Positions 28,162 to 38,980 of a stretch of DNA of 64,000 nucleotides are shown here, in pieces. Position 1 is the first letter of the stretch. The number at the start of each line of letters is the position of its first letter. Origin of the DNA: Pirellulales bacterium (GTDB taxonomy: Bacteria; Planctomycetota; Planctomycetia; Pirellulales; PALSA-1355); contig CAVTBU010000010.1 in assembly GCA_963733035.1 (NCBI GenBank), forward strand, positions 65,016 through 129,015, read 5' to 3'. Under the pieces are notes generated by a model that did not search any database, was not told the DNA's origin, and saw only the letters and a list, made by a program, of their open reading frames with translations. A program made the translations under genes and the position numbers.

Positions 28162-28713
28162 TCAGCGTTTTGCGAGCAACAGCTCCAAGTAGCTGCGGCG
28201 CTCGCTGTTGCGCAATTCGAGCCGGGTTGCCAGCGCGGCCACGGTCGCCTGCGCTGACTGCATGTTACGTTCGTCGACCAGCAGTTCGAGTTCAACGAAA
28301 TCCCCCAGGCCGTCAATGTGGTCGAGTGCCACGACAACCACGTGTCCTTGCCAGGGGAGCGATAGGTGACGGCGACGCTTGCGAACTTCCATCACCCTTT
28401 GAAACGATAGCACTTCCAGCAGCGACGCTGCCTCGGCGGCTGAACGCTCGCCGTCGGGCAGGGCAATTTCGATCTCTCGGCGGGTCTTGCTCAGGGAGTC
28501 AAGCTTGGGACCCTTGTAGGTAATATAGTTGTGGGGCCCGACGCGGCGCAATCGCAGGGCTTCATCCGTGGCCGCAAAGTCGCGAAGCGGGTGAGCATAA
28601 TAGCAGTCGACCTGCACCTGCTCGTCGCCGGCGGTGGCTCCCAATTCGACCAGCTTCTGTTCGAGGGCCGGCAGGTCGTTGACCGGGAATTTTTGTTCGA
28701 CTTCGATGGCCAT
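28162..28713 (-). CDS. cyaB: CYTH-domain protein (class IV adenylate cyclase CyaB-like)
   Basis: IEVEQK (ExExK), LRLR, TYKGPK, GLGDFVELE. Confidence 0.88.
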   Translation of the reverse strand: MAIEVEQKFPVNDLPALEQKLVELGATAGDEQVQVDCYYAHPLRDFAATDEALRLRRVGPHNYITYKGPKLDSLSKTRREIEIALPDGERSAAEAASLLEVLSFQRVMEVRKRRRHLSLPWQGHVVVVALDHIDGLGDFVELELLVDERNMQSAQATVAALATRLELRNSERRSYLELLLAKR

Positions 28714-28774
28714 GATGCCGCTCAGTTGTCGTTAGTGTTTCATTTGGCATGGCCCATTCTGCGAGACTCACCTG

Positions 28775-29410
28775 ATGGATGCAACGGGCGAAGGTGCCAC
28801 TCCCTCGGCTCGGCCGACAAGCTTTTGGGTCTCGCTGGCGGTGCTGGCGGCCGTGATTTTCGTTTACGTGTTGCTGATGACGAATCGCGGCCGCACGCCG
28901 CAAGGCACGACCGGCCCGGCGATTGGCCGCGGCCTGGCGTATCTGCAACTCGAACCGCTCACGAGTGCCGACCCGGCCGTGACGCTCAAGGACTTGCAGG
29001 GGCGCGTTTCGCTGATCAACTTTTGGGGAACCTGGTGTCCTCCATGCATTCGCGAGCTGCCGCAGATCGTGGAACTGGCCGAGCGGTTTTCCGATCGCGA
29101 GGATTTTCGTCTCTACGCGGTGTCGTGCGGACAGGGGAGCGACGAGCAGCTCGATCCGCTGCGAGAGCAGACGGAAGCGTTTCTCGAGGCGCGTGGCACG
29201 AACCTGCCGACATATGCCGACCAGAATGCCGCTACCCGCCAGGCCATGACCATCAAGCTCGGCGTTTCGATAGCTTACCCGACAACGCTTATCCTGGATC
29301 GCGCTGGAACGATTCGCGGCTTTTGGCAGGGTTATCAAGGACGTGCCGTCGACGAGATGGGAAGCGTTGTTGAACAACTGCTCGACGAGAATTCGCAGGC
29401 CGCACGCTAA
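28775..29410 (+). CDS. membrane-anchored TlpA-family thiol-disulfide oxidoreductase
   Basis: N-terminal TM helix, NFWGTWCPPC, YPTT. Confidence 0.9.
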   Translation: MDATGEGATPSARPTSFWVSLAVLAAVIFVYVLLMTNRGRTPQGTTGPAIGRGLAYLQLEPLTSADPAVTLKDLQGRVSLINFWGTWCPPCIRELPQIVELAERFSDREDFRLYAVSCGQGSDEQLDPLREQTEAFLEARGTNLPTYADQNAATRQAMTIKLGVSIAYPTTLILDRAGTIRGFWQGYQGRAVDEMGSVVEQLLDENSQAAR

Positions 29411-29425
29411 AACCTGCGCGTGCGG

Positions 29426-31039
29426 CTAGCCGGCGATGAGTCGGGCCTGCAGCTGTCGCGCGGCAGTTGCGGGATCCTGCGCCGCGGTGACGGCGCCGCT
29501 GACGGCGATTCGCGAGAAGCCGGCGTCGAGAACCTGGTCGACGTTTGCGGCCGTGATGCCGCCAATGGCAAATGCCGGTAAACGGATCTCCGCGGCCACG
29601 GCGCGGAGGAGTTCTGGACCGGTGAACTCGGCGAATTGTTTCGTGTGCGAGGGGAACGTGGGGCCAACACCGATGTAGTCGGCGCCGTCCAGCACCGCGG
29701 CTCTGGCTTGTTCGAGCGAGTGGGTCGAGAGGCCGACGAGCCCGCGTGGCCCTAGAATTCGCCGTGCGTCCTTGACTGTGAGTTCGTCCTGGCCGACGTG
29801 AACGCCGTCGGCGCCAGCGAGCAGCGCCACGTCGGGACGATCGTTCATGATGAACAACGTCTCTGTGCCCGTGCTGATGTCGCGCAACAAGCGAGCTCGC
29901 TCAAGGAGTTGGCGATCCGCCAGATTCTTATCGCGGAGCTGGAGCACGGATACTCCCGCGCCGATGAGCGACTGAACTGTGCCGCGAAACGAATCGATCG
30001 ATGGTCCGCCGTCAATCAGGACATAGAGCTGGGCGCCCGCCAGGCGCTCGATGCCGTGGTGCGTGGTGCCCGTGACTTTTTCGAGCGTGTAAACGCGATA
30101 GCGAAGTTGCTCGATCGTGGCGGCCGTTTCCGGTGACATGGTCTTGGAGAACTCTTCGAGGCTGCGGAGCGACTGTTCGACACGCTTGAAACTTGCCGAC
30201 AAGACCGCGGCGAGATTGCTCCGTGTCTGTTCCGCCGGCAGGCTGACGCTGGTGCCGACGTCGGCCTGCGTTTCGCGAGCCGCATGCCGCTCGCGATCTC
30301 CATAGATGCGGAGGGTGGCGGCGAGTTCATGTCGAATTGCTTTGCACAGCCGCGTCAGATGGCGATCGTCGAGATGAAAGCGGAGATAGTCTTCAATGAC
30401 CCGCAGGCCCTCTCCCGCCCGATTGGCGGCGGCATCCAGGATGCGCAGCGCCGCGATCTGTTCGCTGGGCCCGTTGGCCGCCGGCTCTTGCGCCGGTGTG
30501 TCGGTCGCAGCGACTCGTATCCACTCGCTTGGCGCCGCCGCGGTCGGTTCGATCGGGTCGACCAGTAGCGGTTCGTCTAGATCATCGAGCGGCAGCGGGC
30601 CGGGTTGATGGCCTGATAAGCGGTGGACTTCCGCTTCGAGCGCATCCGAATAGAGACCGCAATCGGCCAACCACGAAGAAACGCGGTTCTCGGTGGCGAC
30701 AAGTCCGAGCAACAGGTGTTCGGTGGCCAGTTCCAGCGGCCGGGGATAGTCCTCAAGGAGTCGTTCAGCCGCATCCAGACAGGCATTCCACTCGTTCGAA
30801 AATGACCGGGCGTTGCAATCTCGAGGCGCCGACAGTTGTCGGAGCTTGGGAAACTGCCGGCGAACGGCCGCCTCGTCGATGTGAAAGCCAGCCAGCAGGA
30901 GCGCAGCGCGACACTCGGGCTCGGCCAACAAGCCGAGCAAGACCTCGGGCAGGCCCAGGTCGTCAGATTCGTCACAACTGATCCATCCGGCGGCGACGCG
31001 GAGTGCCCGCTCGGCACCAGGAGTAAATTCGCTTCGCAT
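29426..31039 (-). CDS. thiE: thiamine-phosphate synthase with N-terminal double Clp-N and ThiD2-like domains
   Basis: Clp-N-like FTPGAERAL..LLGLL and ATEHLLLGL; RILDAAANRAGEGLRVIED; QLRDK, NDRPD, GVHVGQDE, GLSTH, AIGGI. Confidence 0.9.
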   Translation of the reverse strand: MRSEFTPGAERALRVAAGWISCDESDDLGLPEVLLGLLAEPECRAALLLAGFHIDEAAVRRQFPKLRQLSAPRDCNARSFSNEWNACLDAAERLLEDYPRPLELATEHLLLGLVATENRVSSWLADCGLYSDALEAEVHRLSGHQPGPLPLDDLDEPLLVDPIEPTAAAPSEWIRVAATDTPAQEPAANGPSEQIAALRILDAAANRAGEGLRVIEDYLRFHLDDRHLTRLCKAIRHELAATLRIYGDRERHAARETQADVGTSVSLPAEQTRSNLAAVLSASFKRVEQSLRSLEEFSKTMSPETAATIEQLRYRVYTLEKVTGTTHHGIERLAGAQLYVLIDGGPSIDSFRGTVQSLIGAGVSVLQLRDKNLADRQLLERARLLRDISTGTETLFIMNDRPDVALLAGADGVHVGQDELTVKDARRILGPRGLVGLSTHSLEQARAAVLDGADYIGVGPTFPSHTKQFAEFTGPELLRAVAAEIRLPAFAIGGITAANVDQVLDAGFSRIAVSGAVTAAQDPATAARQLQARLIAG

Positions 31040-31275
31040 ACCCTTAATCTAGACGAGGCAGGGCTTATCGACGAGTCACGGCGATTGGCGTCCAATTGCA
31101 AGGGTTGCGGACGACAGTGGGCGCTAGCGGCGCTAAGTCCGGTCTAGCTCCTAACTCCAAGCGGCTCTTTCAGTTGCCTTGCTCCAGTGGGTTCTAAGAG
31201 TTAGAATTCCCTGGCGTTTCATGCCGTCGAGGTTGGCGGCATCGGCGCCAAGGCGCGCGAAGGAGTTAACCTACC

Positions 31276-31854
31276 ATGGTACGGATGCCGTGGACGACCT
31301 ATCTTTGGCCCGGATTACCACAGTTGTGGCGTCACGGCCTGTGGTGGGGGTTGGCCCTGGCCGTGGGATTTGGTGTTCTGCTTAACACGTTGCTGATGGC
31401 CAGTTTCGTGTGGGTCGAACTACTAAGCGCGGGCACGTTACGGCTCGCGTGGATCGCGATTGGCATCTTGTGGTTGGGTTCTGCCGCGGCATCGGCCTGG
31501 CATAGTTGGGGCGTGGTACCTCGCGTCAGCGGCTCGGCCGAGGCAATGTTTCGTGCTGCCCTGTGCGAATACCTAAAGGGAAACTGGTTCGAAGCGGAAC
31601 AGACGCTCGGACGGCTGCTGCAAATGCGGCCCCGCGACGTCGAGGCACGGCTGATGTTGGCCACGCTGCTGCGGCACAATGCGAGATACTCCGAGGCCAG
31701 CGAGCAGTTGAGCCAACTTGAGCTACTGCAAGACGCCAAACGCTGGGCGCTGGAGATCGGCGTCGAAAGACAAACGATTGCTGAAAACCTGGAAACCGAG
31801 CCCCTACGCCGGGAACACGAACCATTTGAAGCCGCACCTCCACATGCGGCCTGA
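31276..31854 (+). CDS. membrane protein with C-terminal TPR-like helices
   Basis: SD AAGGAG; WPGLPQLW plus TM segments; YLKGNWFEAEQTL..PRDVEARLMLA. Confidence 0.8.
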   Translation: MVRMPWTTYLWPGLPQLWRHGLWWGLALAVGFGVLLNTLLMASFVWVELLSAGTLRLAWIAIGILWLGSAAASAWHSWGVVPRVSGSAEAMFRAALCEYLKGNWFEAEQTLGRLLQMRPRDVEARLMLATLLRHNARYSEASEQLSQLELLQDAKRWALEIGVERQTIAENLETEPLRREHEPFEAAPPHAA

Positions 31855-32034
31855 CGCGAAATCAATCGGCAAACGGCACAAATTTGTTTTTGTTGCGTAG
31901 AGAAGGCGACTCACGTCCCTACCCTCAGCACCAGTACATCCCTAGAATTTCGGGTGGAACGCGACCGACTGACAAAAGGCGGGATGCCCGGCAAGTGACA
32001 ATGCCTGCCGGGCACCGCATTAACGGAGAGCATC

Positions 32035-34575
32035 ATGTACGAGCGATTTACCGATCGGGCCCGAAAAGTCATGCAGCTGGCCAATCAGGAGGCGCAGCGC
32101 TTTAACCACGAGTACATCGGCACCGAACACGTGCTGTTGGGCTTGATCAAGGAAGGCAGCGGTGTGGCGGCCAATGTGCTGAAGAACCTGGACGTCGACC
32201 TTCGCAAAATCCGCCTCGAAGTCGAGAAGCTTGTGCAGAGCGGTCCGGACATGGTCACGATGGGCAAGCTGCCGCAAACGCCGCGGGCCAAGAAGGTCAT
32301 CGAATACTCGATGGAAGAAGCTCGCAATCTGAACCACAACTACGTGGGCACCGAGCACATCCTGTTGGGATTGCTGCGCGAGCAGGAGGGGGTGGCCGCG
32401 CAGGTGCTGATGAACCTGGGGCTCAAGCTCGAGGAAGTTCGCGAGGAAGTGCTCAATCTGCTGGGTCACGGCCTGGAAGGAAGCGAAGGTGGCGAACGTG
32501 GCGGCAGCGAGCGAAGCGGTAGCGGCGGCGAGTCGCCCAAGAGCGGCAAGTCGAAGACGCCCGCCCTCGATAGCTTTGGCCGCGACCTGACGGAGCTGGC
32601 CCGCCAGGGCAAGCTCGATCCGGTGATCGGCCGCGAGAAAGAAATCGAGCGTGCCATTCAGATTCTGAGCCGCCGAACGAAAAACAATCCCGTGCTGTTG
32701 GGCGAAGCTGGCGTGGGCAAAACGGCCATCGTCGAGGGCTTCGCACAACGCGTCGTTGAAGGCAACGTGCCCGAACTGCTGGCCGACCGGCGGATCGTGG
32801 TGTTAGACCTGGCCATGATGGTGGCCGGCACCAAGTACCGCGGCCAATTCGAAGAGCGGATCAAGGCCGTGATGAACGAAGTTCGCCGGGCCAAGAATAC
32901 GATCCTGTTTATCGACGAGCTGCACACGTTGGTCGGGGCAGGCGGAGCCGAAGGGGCGATCGACGCGTCGAACGTGCTCAAACCGGCCCTGGCCCGCGGC
33001 GAGATTCAGTGCATCGGCGCCACGACGCTCGACGAGTACCGCAAGTACATTGAAAAAGACAGCGCGCTGGATCGCCGCTTCCAGGTGGTGATGGTCGAGC
33101 CCTCGACCAAATCCGAAACGATCGAAATTCTCAAGGGACTTCGCGATCGCTACGAGCAGCACCACCGCGTGCAAATCACCGACGACGCGCTGGCCGCCTC
33201 GGTCGAACTTTCGAGCCGATACATCACCGGCCGCTGCTTACCCGACAAAGCCATCGATGTGATTGACGAGGCGGGTGCCCGCGTGCGGCTCAAGGCCATG
33301 ACCCGTCCGCCCGACTTGAAGGAGATCGACAGCGAGGTCGAGGCTCTGAACAAGGACAAGGAAGAAGCCGTGGCCAATCAGGATTTCGAGCGTGCGGCAT
33401 CGCTGCGGGATCAGGCCGATAAGCTCAAGAAGAAGAAGCAAAACATCACCCGCGACTGGCGCGAGAAATCGCGCGAGGCCGACGGCGTGGTCGATGAGGA
33501 AGTGATCGCCGAAGTGGTCAGCAAGATGACCGGCATCCCGCTGACGCGAATGACGACGGAAGACAGCATGCGGCTGATGCAGATGGAAACGGATCTGCAC
33601 TCCCGCGTGATCAGCCAGGAAGAGGCCATCAAAAGTATCTCGAAGGCGGTGCGCCGCAGCCGTAGCGGATTGAAGGATCCGAAACGGCCCACCGGTTGCT
33701 TCATCTTTGCCGGCCCCACGGGCGTCGGCAAAACGCTCCTGGCCAAGGCCCTGGCCGGATTCATGTTTGGCGATGACGACGCGCTGATCCAGATCGACAT
33801 GAGCGAGTATATGGAAAAGCACAACGTCAGCCGGCTGATCGGTGCCCCGCCGGGTTACGTGGGTTTCGAGGAAGGCGGCCAGTTGACCGAAAAGATTCGC
33901 CGCCGTCCGTACGCGGTGGTCTTGCTCGACGAAATCGAGAAGGCCCACCCCGACGTGTTCAACATGCTGTTGCAGGTCATGGAAGAAGGCCGATTGACCG
34001 ACAGCTTCGGTCGCAACGTCGACTTCCGCAACGCGATCCTGATTATGACCACCAATGCGGGTGCCGAAGCGATCAAGAACGAGAGCGCCTTTGGTTTTCA
34101 GGCTCCGGACGACGACGCGTCGTACGAGAACATGAAGGCCCGCGTGATGGAACGAATCGAGCGCGTGTTCCGGCCGGAGTTCTTGAACCGGGTCGACGAC
34201 GTGATCGTGTTCCGCCATTTGACGGTTGATGACCTCAAGCAGGTGGTGGATCTGGAACTGGGCAAGGTGCGCGAGCGACTCGCCGAGCGTGGCTTGAAGC
34301 TGGAACTCAGCGACGAGGCCAAGAAGTTCCTGATCCGCAAGGGATCGAACACCGACTTCGGTGCCCGGCCCCTCCGCCGTTCGATTGAAAACTTCGTCGA
34401 GGATCCGCTCTCCGAGGAGCTGCTCAAGGGCGAGTTCCAAGGGAAGGACACGATTCTGGTCGACGTCAAGGAAGTGGGCGACAAGAAGCAACTGTTCTTT
34501 ACGGGCACCGTTGCCGAGGGTGAAGAAGCCGCGGTGGGTGCCAGCAGCGGTTCGGAAGAAAAGCCCGAGGCGTAA
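32035..34575 (+). CDS. clpC: ATP-dependent Clp protease ATP-binding subunit ClpC
   Basis: Double Clp-N (GTEH x2), [11 protein letters not shown]-type coil ([11 protein letters not shown]), [12 protein letters not shown] loop. Confidence 0.96.
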   Translation: MYERFTDRARKVMQLANQEAQRFNHEYIGTEHVLLGLIKEGSGVAANVLKNLDVDLRKIRLEVEKLVQSGPDMVTMGKLPQTPRAKKVIEYSMEEARNLNHNYVGTEHILLGLLREQEGVAAQVLMNLGLKLEEVREEVLNLLGHGLEGSEGGERGGSERSGSGGESPKSGKSKTPALDSFGRDLTELARQGKLDPVIGREKEIERAIQILSRRTKNNPVLLGEAGVGKTAIVEGFAQRVVEGNVPELLADRRIVVLDLAMMVAGTKYRGQFEERIKAVMNEVRRAKNTILFIDELHTLVGAGGAEGAIDASNVLKPALARGEIQCIGATTLDEYRKYIEKDSALDRRFQVVMVEPSTKSETIEILKGLRDRYEQHHRVQITDDALAASVELSSRYITGRCLPDKAIDVIDEAGARVRLKAMTRPPDLKEIDSEVEALNKDKEEAVANQDFERAASLRDQADKLKKKKQNITRDWREKSREADGVVDEEVIAEVVSKMTGIPLTRMTTEDSMRLMQMETDLHSRVISQEEAIKSISKAVRRSRSGLKDPKRPTGCFIFAGPTGVGKTLLAKALAGFMFGDDDALIQIDMSEYMEKHNVSRLIGAPPGYVGFEEGGQLTEKIRRRPYAVVLLDEIEKAHPDVFNMLLQVMEEGRLTDSFGRNVDFRNAILIMTTNAGAEAIKNESAFGFQAPDDDASYENMKARVMERIERVFRPEFLNRVDDVIVFRHLTVDDLKQVVDLELGKVRERLAERGLKLELSDEAKKFLIRKGSNTDFGARPLRRSIENFVEDPLSEELLKGEFQGKDTILVDVKEVGDKKQLFFTGTVAEGEEAAVGASSGSEEKPEA

Positions 34576-34604
34576 GCGTCCGATAGCGGTCGAAGACCAA
34601 ACTT

Positions 34605-34645
34605 CGCCGTCCGCTGGCCCAGTGCCGGTGGGCGGCGGTTTTTTT
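34605..34645 (+). terminator. intrinsic terminator after clpC
   Basis: GC stem CCGTCCGCTGGC/GCCGGTGGGCGG followed by T7. Confidence 0.8.
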
Positions 34646-34727
34646 GGGGTAACAAGGCCCCGGCGCCGTGCGCCAGTAGAATGGTGTTGGCGTCCTTTCT
34701 TGCGCATCGTTTGCGACCGGAGACTTC

Positions 34728-35638
34728 GTGATGCGGCGGCTTGCGAGTCGGTGCGGCGCACTTGGCGTTCTAATTTGCGGTTCGATTGGCGCCAGCCGCG
34801 CCGAGAATGTGCTTGCGACAGAACCCCATGCCGAAGCGGTTTCGCCATCGGCCTTCGACGGGAAGCAGGCCGGTGCCCAGCGGCAGGTCGAGGGCATTGC
34901 GCTCTGTTGGTGCCCGCCCGGGCGATTCGTGATGGGCAGCCCGCGGAATGAGCCGGAGTCGCCGACCGGGCGAAGATCAGGTCGAGGTGACTTTGACCAA
35001 AGGATTCTGGATCGGCAAATATGAGATCACACAGGGAGACTGGAAACGAATTGTCGGCGAACTGCCGGGCAAGCTGACGGAGGAGCTACCTGCGGGTGAC
35101 AACCTGCCGGTGGGCAATGTGAACTTCGCCGAGGCCGAAGCGTTTTGCAAAATGCTTACCGAGCTGGGACGAAAGGCGGGACAACTGCCCGGCGATTGGG
35201 AGTTTCGACTGCCCACCGAAGCGCAATGGGAATATGCCTGCCGGGCAGGAACGACAACGGCCACCGCATTTGGCGACCAACTCAGTAGCCGCCAGGCGAA
35301 CTTCAAGGGGCGGCCGTACAATGGCGCAGCGGCCGGGCCAGCGCTCGAATCGTGCCGCGCCCGTGGGAAGTTACCCGCCGAATGCCTGGGGCCTGCACGA
35401 CATGCACGGCAATACCTTCGAGTGGTGTCGCGATTGGTACCACCGGCGGTTGCCGGGTGGCACCGACCCGGACTTGTATGCTGCCCGGTCCACGGCGACT
35501 CGAAGTGAACAGGGCGGAGTGTCGCGATCGCGCCGCGGTGGTTGCTGGGCTGACTGCCGGAGCGCCTTTCGGCTGCGGTTCGAACCGGAGCGGAAGTACG
35601 ACCACATTGGGTTTCGCGTGGTCGCGGTCAGACCGTAG
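34728..35638 (+). CDS. SUMF1/FGE-sulfatase-domain protein (apparent frameshifts near 34960 and 35350)
   Basis: PPGRFVMGSP, KYEITQ, RLPTEAQWEYACRAG, PNAWGLHDMHGNTFEWC and IGFRV spread over three frames. Confidence 0.85.
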
Positions 35639-35916
35639 TAGGCGGAAGCCGCCAAGCGCAATTGCGCCATCTGCGGAGGTTTCACCGACCGAGCGGCCGT
35701 ATAATGCGCGGACAAGGAAGAGCTTGCGGCCGACTTTCGGCTGGGACGCTAGCAAGCCGTCGCCGACCGGGGAAGATCGTCTTGCCTGGTTTACCTGGGC
35801 GTTGGTTTTCGTCTGATCGGCAATCTTTTCTCAAGCGGCAGGGTGGCCGCGACGAAGAATCCCTGATAGCCGGGGCAGCGCGCGCCGCGGCATTGCTGGC
35901 AACTGGATCCTCGCAC

Positions 35917-36783
35917 ATGTCCTCTTCACCACTGTCGCACGAACGTACCAACCACGGCTTTGTCGAGGCCGTGGCCGATTGGGTTGCCAGCCTGGGTGGG
36001 TTGGTGATGAACTGGGTGATTGCGATCGAGGACGTGCTCGAATTCTTTTTGCGCACCTTGGCTTGGATCCTGCGACGCCGTCCGCGTGCCGACACGCTGC
36101 TGCCGAACTTTTACCAGATTGGGGTCTTGAGCTTGCCGGTGGTTGCCCTGACGGGCACCTTCATCGGCATGGTGCTGGCCGTGCAAAGCCACACGCAGTT
36201 TCGACAATTGAACATGGAGACGCGGCTGGGAGCCGTAATCAACATGTCGCTGGTGCGTGAGTTGGGACCGGTGCTGGCCGCCACGATGCTGGCCGGCCGC
36301 GTTGGTAGTGCCATGGCGGCAGAGCTGGGCACGATGCGCGTGACCGAGCAAATCGACGCCCTGTCGAGCATGGGCGCCAATCCGATTCACTACCTGGTCG
36401 TGCCGCGGTTCATTGCCTGCCTGGTCTTGATACCCTGCTTGACCATCATGGCCGACTTCATGGGGGTGGCGGGTGGTTACTTTTACAGCATTTACGTCCT
36501 GGGGATCGACGCCAATCACTACATGGAGAACTCGCGTAACTTCGTCGGCGCGTTCGACCTGTTCTCTGGCGTGTTTAAGAGCCTGTTTTTCGGCGCGGCA
36601 ATTGCCGTCATCAGTTGTTATCGCGGTTTTCATTGCGACCCGGGCGCCGAGGGCGTGGGCCGCGCCGCGACGAGCGCGTTCGTCATTTCGTTCGTAATGA
36701 TCCTCGTGCTCGACCTGTTTCTCGGCATCGCACTCGACAACTTGTATCTGATCCTTTGGCCCAACGGCACAAGCCTGTTGTAG
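35917..36783 (+). CDS. mlaE: MlaE-family ABC permease
   Basis: RELGPVLAA, AELGTMRVTEQIDAL, GAEGVGRA. Confidence 0.93.
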   Translation: MSSSPLSHERTNHGFVEAVADWVASLGGLVMNWVIAIEDVLEFFLRTLAWILRRRPRADTLLPNFYQIGVLSLPVVALTGTFIGMVLAVQSHTQFRQLNMETRLGAVINMSLVRELGPVLAATMLAGRVGSAMAAELGTMRVTEQIDALSSMGANPIHYLVVPRFIACLVLIPCLTIMADFMGVAGGYFYSIYVLGIDANHYMENSRNFVGAFDLFSGVFKSLFFGAAIAVISCYRGFHCDPGAEGVGRAATSAFVISFVMILVLDLFLGIALDNLYLILWPNGTSLL

Positions 36784-36796
36784 GAAAGTTTCGCCG

Positions 36797-37654
36797 ATGT
36801 CCATTTCCGCATCCCAAGCGCAACGGCAAGAGCGGTCACGGTCTGACGGGCCGATGGTCGAATTGCGCGATGTCGACATGGTGTTTGGCCGTGGTCAGGT
36901 CCTGCGCAAGATCAACCTGACGATTCCACGCGGGCAAACGCTCGTCATCATCGGCGAAAGCGGCTGCGGCAAGACCGTGCTGCTCAAGACAATCATCGGG
37001 CTGATCCGCCCCACGCGCGGGCAGGTGCTGTTTGACGGACAGGATCTGGCCAAGCTGTCCGAGGCCCAACTGACCCACGAGCGGACGCGATTTGGATTTG
37101 TGTTTCAGGGGGCCGCGCTGTTCGACAGCATGACGATCGGCCAGAACGTGAGCTTTCCGCTCCGCGAACATACCAAGGCCACGCCCGAAGAGATGCGAGA
37201 AACCGTGATCAATCGCCTGGGCGAGGTGGGCCTGCCAGACAGCATCCTGCGCAAGAAACCGGCAGAGCTTTCCGGCGGCATGCGCAAGCGAGTGGGCCTG
37301 GCCCGCGCGCTGGCGCTCAATCCGGAGTTGGTACTCTACGACGAACCCACGACCGGGCTCGATCCGATCATGAGCGACGTCATTAACGAGCTGATTCTGC
37401 GAACGCGGCAGCAGCACCAGGTGACGAGCGTGGTGGTGACGCACGACATGCATACGGCCCGCAAGGTTTCTGATCGCGTGATCATGCTCTATCCGCTCAG
37501 CCGATTACGTCACGATGAACCGCAAATCCTGTTCGACGGTCCGGCTGAGCAGCTGGACCGGTCCGATGATCCGCGGGTGACGCAATTTGTCAACGGCGAG
37601 GCGGGCGAGCGGTTGATGGAACTACGCAAGTTGACCGAAAGCCACAGGAATTGA
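36797..37654 (+). CDS. mlaF: MlaF-family ABC ATPase
   Basis: GESGCGKT, FQGAALFDS, LSGGMRKRVGLARA, YDEPTTGLDP. Confidence 0.93.
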   Translation: MSISASQAQRQERSRSDGPMVELRDVDMVFGRGQVLRKINLTIPRGQTLVIIGESGCGKTVLLKTIIGLIRPTRGQVLFDGQDLAKLSEAQLTHERTRFGFVFQGAALFDSMTIGQNVSFPLREHTKATPEEMRETVINRLGEVGLPDSILRKKPAELSGGMRKRVGLARALALNPELVLYDEPTTGLDPIMSDVINELILRTRQQHQVTSVVVTHDMHTARKVSDRVIMLYPLSRLRHDEPQILFDGPAEQLDRSDDPRVTQFVNGEAGERLMELRKLTESHRN

Positions 37655-37715
37655 ACCGAGACTCCCCGTGCCGGTGGACCTTGTTCCGGCCGGCCGGGTT
37701 TTTGTGAAGTGATCC

Positions 37716-38935
37716 ATGGACGAACGTGTTATTAAATTCCGCGTGGGCGTGATGGTCCTGGCGACCTTGATCATCGCGGGGATCCTCGTGCTGTTGTTCG
37801 GCGACACCCCGTCACTGGTGCGCGACGACTACACCGTCTACATGCACTTCGAAGACGCTCCGGGCGTCAGCGAGGGGACGCCGGTGCGCAAAAGCGGGAT
37901 CCTCATCGGCCGCGTGCGGAGCGTCCGTTTTGCCGAACAGGGCGGAGTGATCGTGGAGGCGGAAATCTATCGCGACGTCAAGCTCTATCACAGCGAAGTG
38001 CCCCAGGTGAGCGGATCGCTGCTGGGGGGCGACGTCGTGATTCAGTTCGTGCGCCGCTCATCGAACGTGCCTTCCGAACTAGCCGCGCCCCCGCCGGCCG
38101 CAACCGGCCGCTCGCGGGACGGTGCGCCGCAGGTGCTCACGGGCGCCGCCGATCAGCAGCCCGTCAAGGAGCAACCCGCGCCCTTCCGGGTCCCGACCAG
38201 GTGGTGCAGCCGGGTGAGTACATTGAGGGCGTGGTGGCTCCCAACGCGTTTCAAGTAATTAGCAATATGCAGGGAGAGCTGAACGAGGCAATCAAGGCAC
38301 TCTCAAATGCCGGCAACGAAGTCAGCAAGCTGGCGGCCAACGTGAACAAGGTGCTGGAGAGCAACGACGAACAGATCAATCGCATCATCGGCGAGACCGA
38401 AAAGGCGATCACGACGTTTCAGGTCGCGATGGACAATGTCAACGACGTGATCGGCGACGAGAAAGTGCGCGAAAACCTGAAGAAAATGGCCGACAACCTG
38501 CCGCAGCTGTTGGACGACAGCCGTTCGGCGGTCAATACCATTCGCACCACCATGGAGGGAGTCGACCGCAATCTGCGAAACATGGAGGGCTTCACCGGAC
38601 CGCTCGGCGAGCGGGGAGACGAGATTGTCAATCGGATCGATCGCTCGGTCGGCCAGCTCGACGAACTGCTGAGCATCATGTCGGACTTTGGCCGCAAGTT
38701 GAACAGCGGGCAGGGCTCACTCAACCGTCTGATGAACGACCCGGAGCTGTATAACAGCCTGGCGGCCTCGGCCAAGAACATCCAATGCGTGACGCAAGAG
38801 CTGAAGCCGATCATGTCCGACGTTCGCATCTTCACGGATCGAATTGCCCGACACCCCGAGGTCATTGGGCTGAGTGGAGCAATTCGAAAGAGCCCCGGCA
38901 CCAAGTGGCCGCTGGGGGGCGATGGCGCTCAATAG
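37716..38935 (+). CDS. mlaD: MlaD/MCE-family protein with long helical domain (apparent frameshift near 38185)
   Basis: FRVG + TM, GVSEGTPVRKSGILIGRV; helical C-terminal half (GSLNRLMNDPELY) in a second frame. Confidence 0.88.
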
Positions 38936-38980
38936 CGGTTTGCCGATGGGTTCAAGATCGGCACGCCTGCGGCGAATGTC

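Noticed and set aside
31040..31275. TPP riboswitch upstream of thiE, or CIRCE/CtsR box upstream of clpC
   Set aside because: No CTGAGA-type TPP core on the thiE strand and no TTAGCACTC-N9-GAGTGCTAA or CtsR heptads visible
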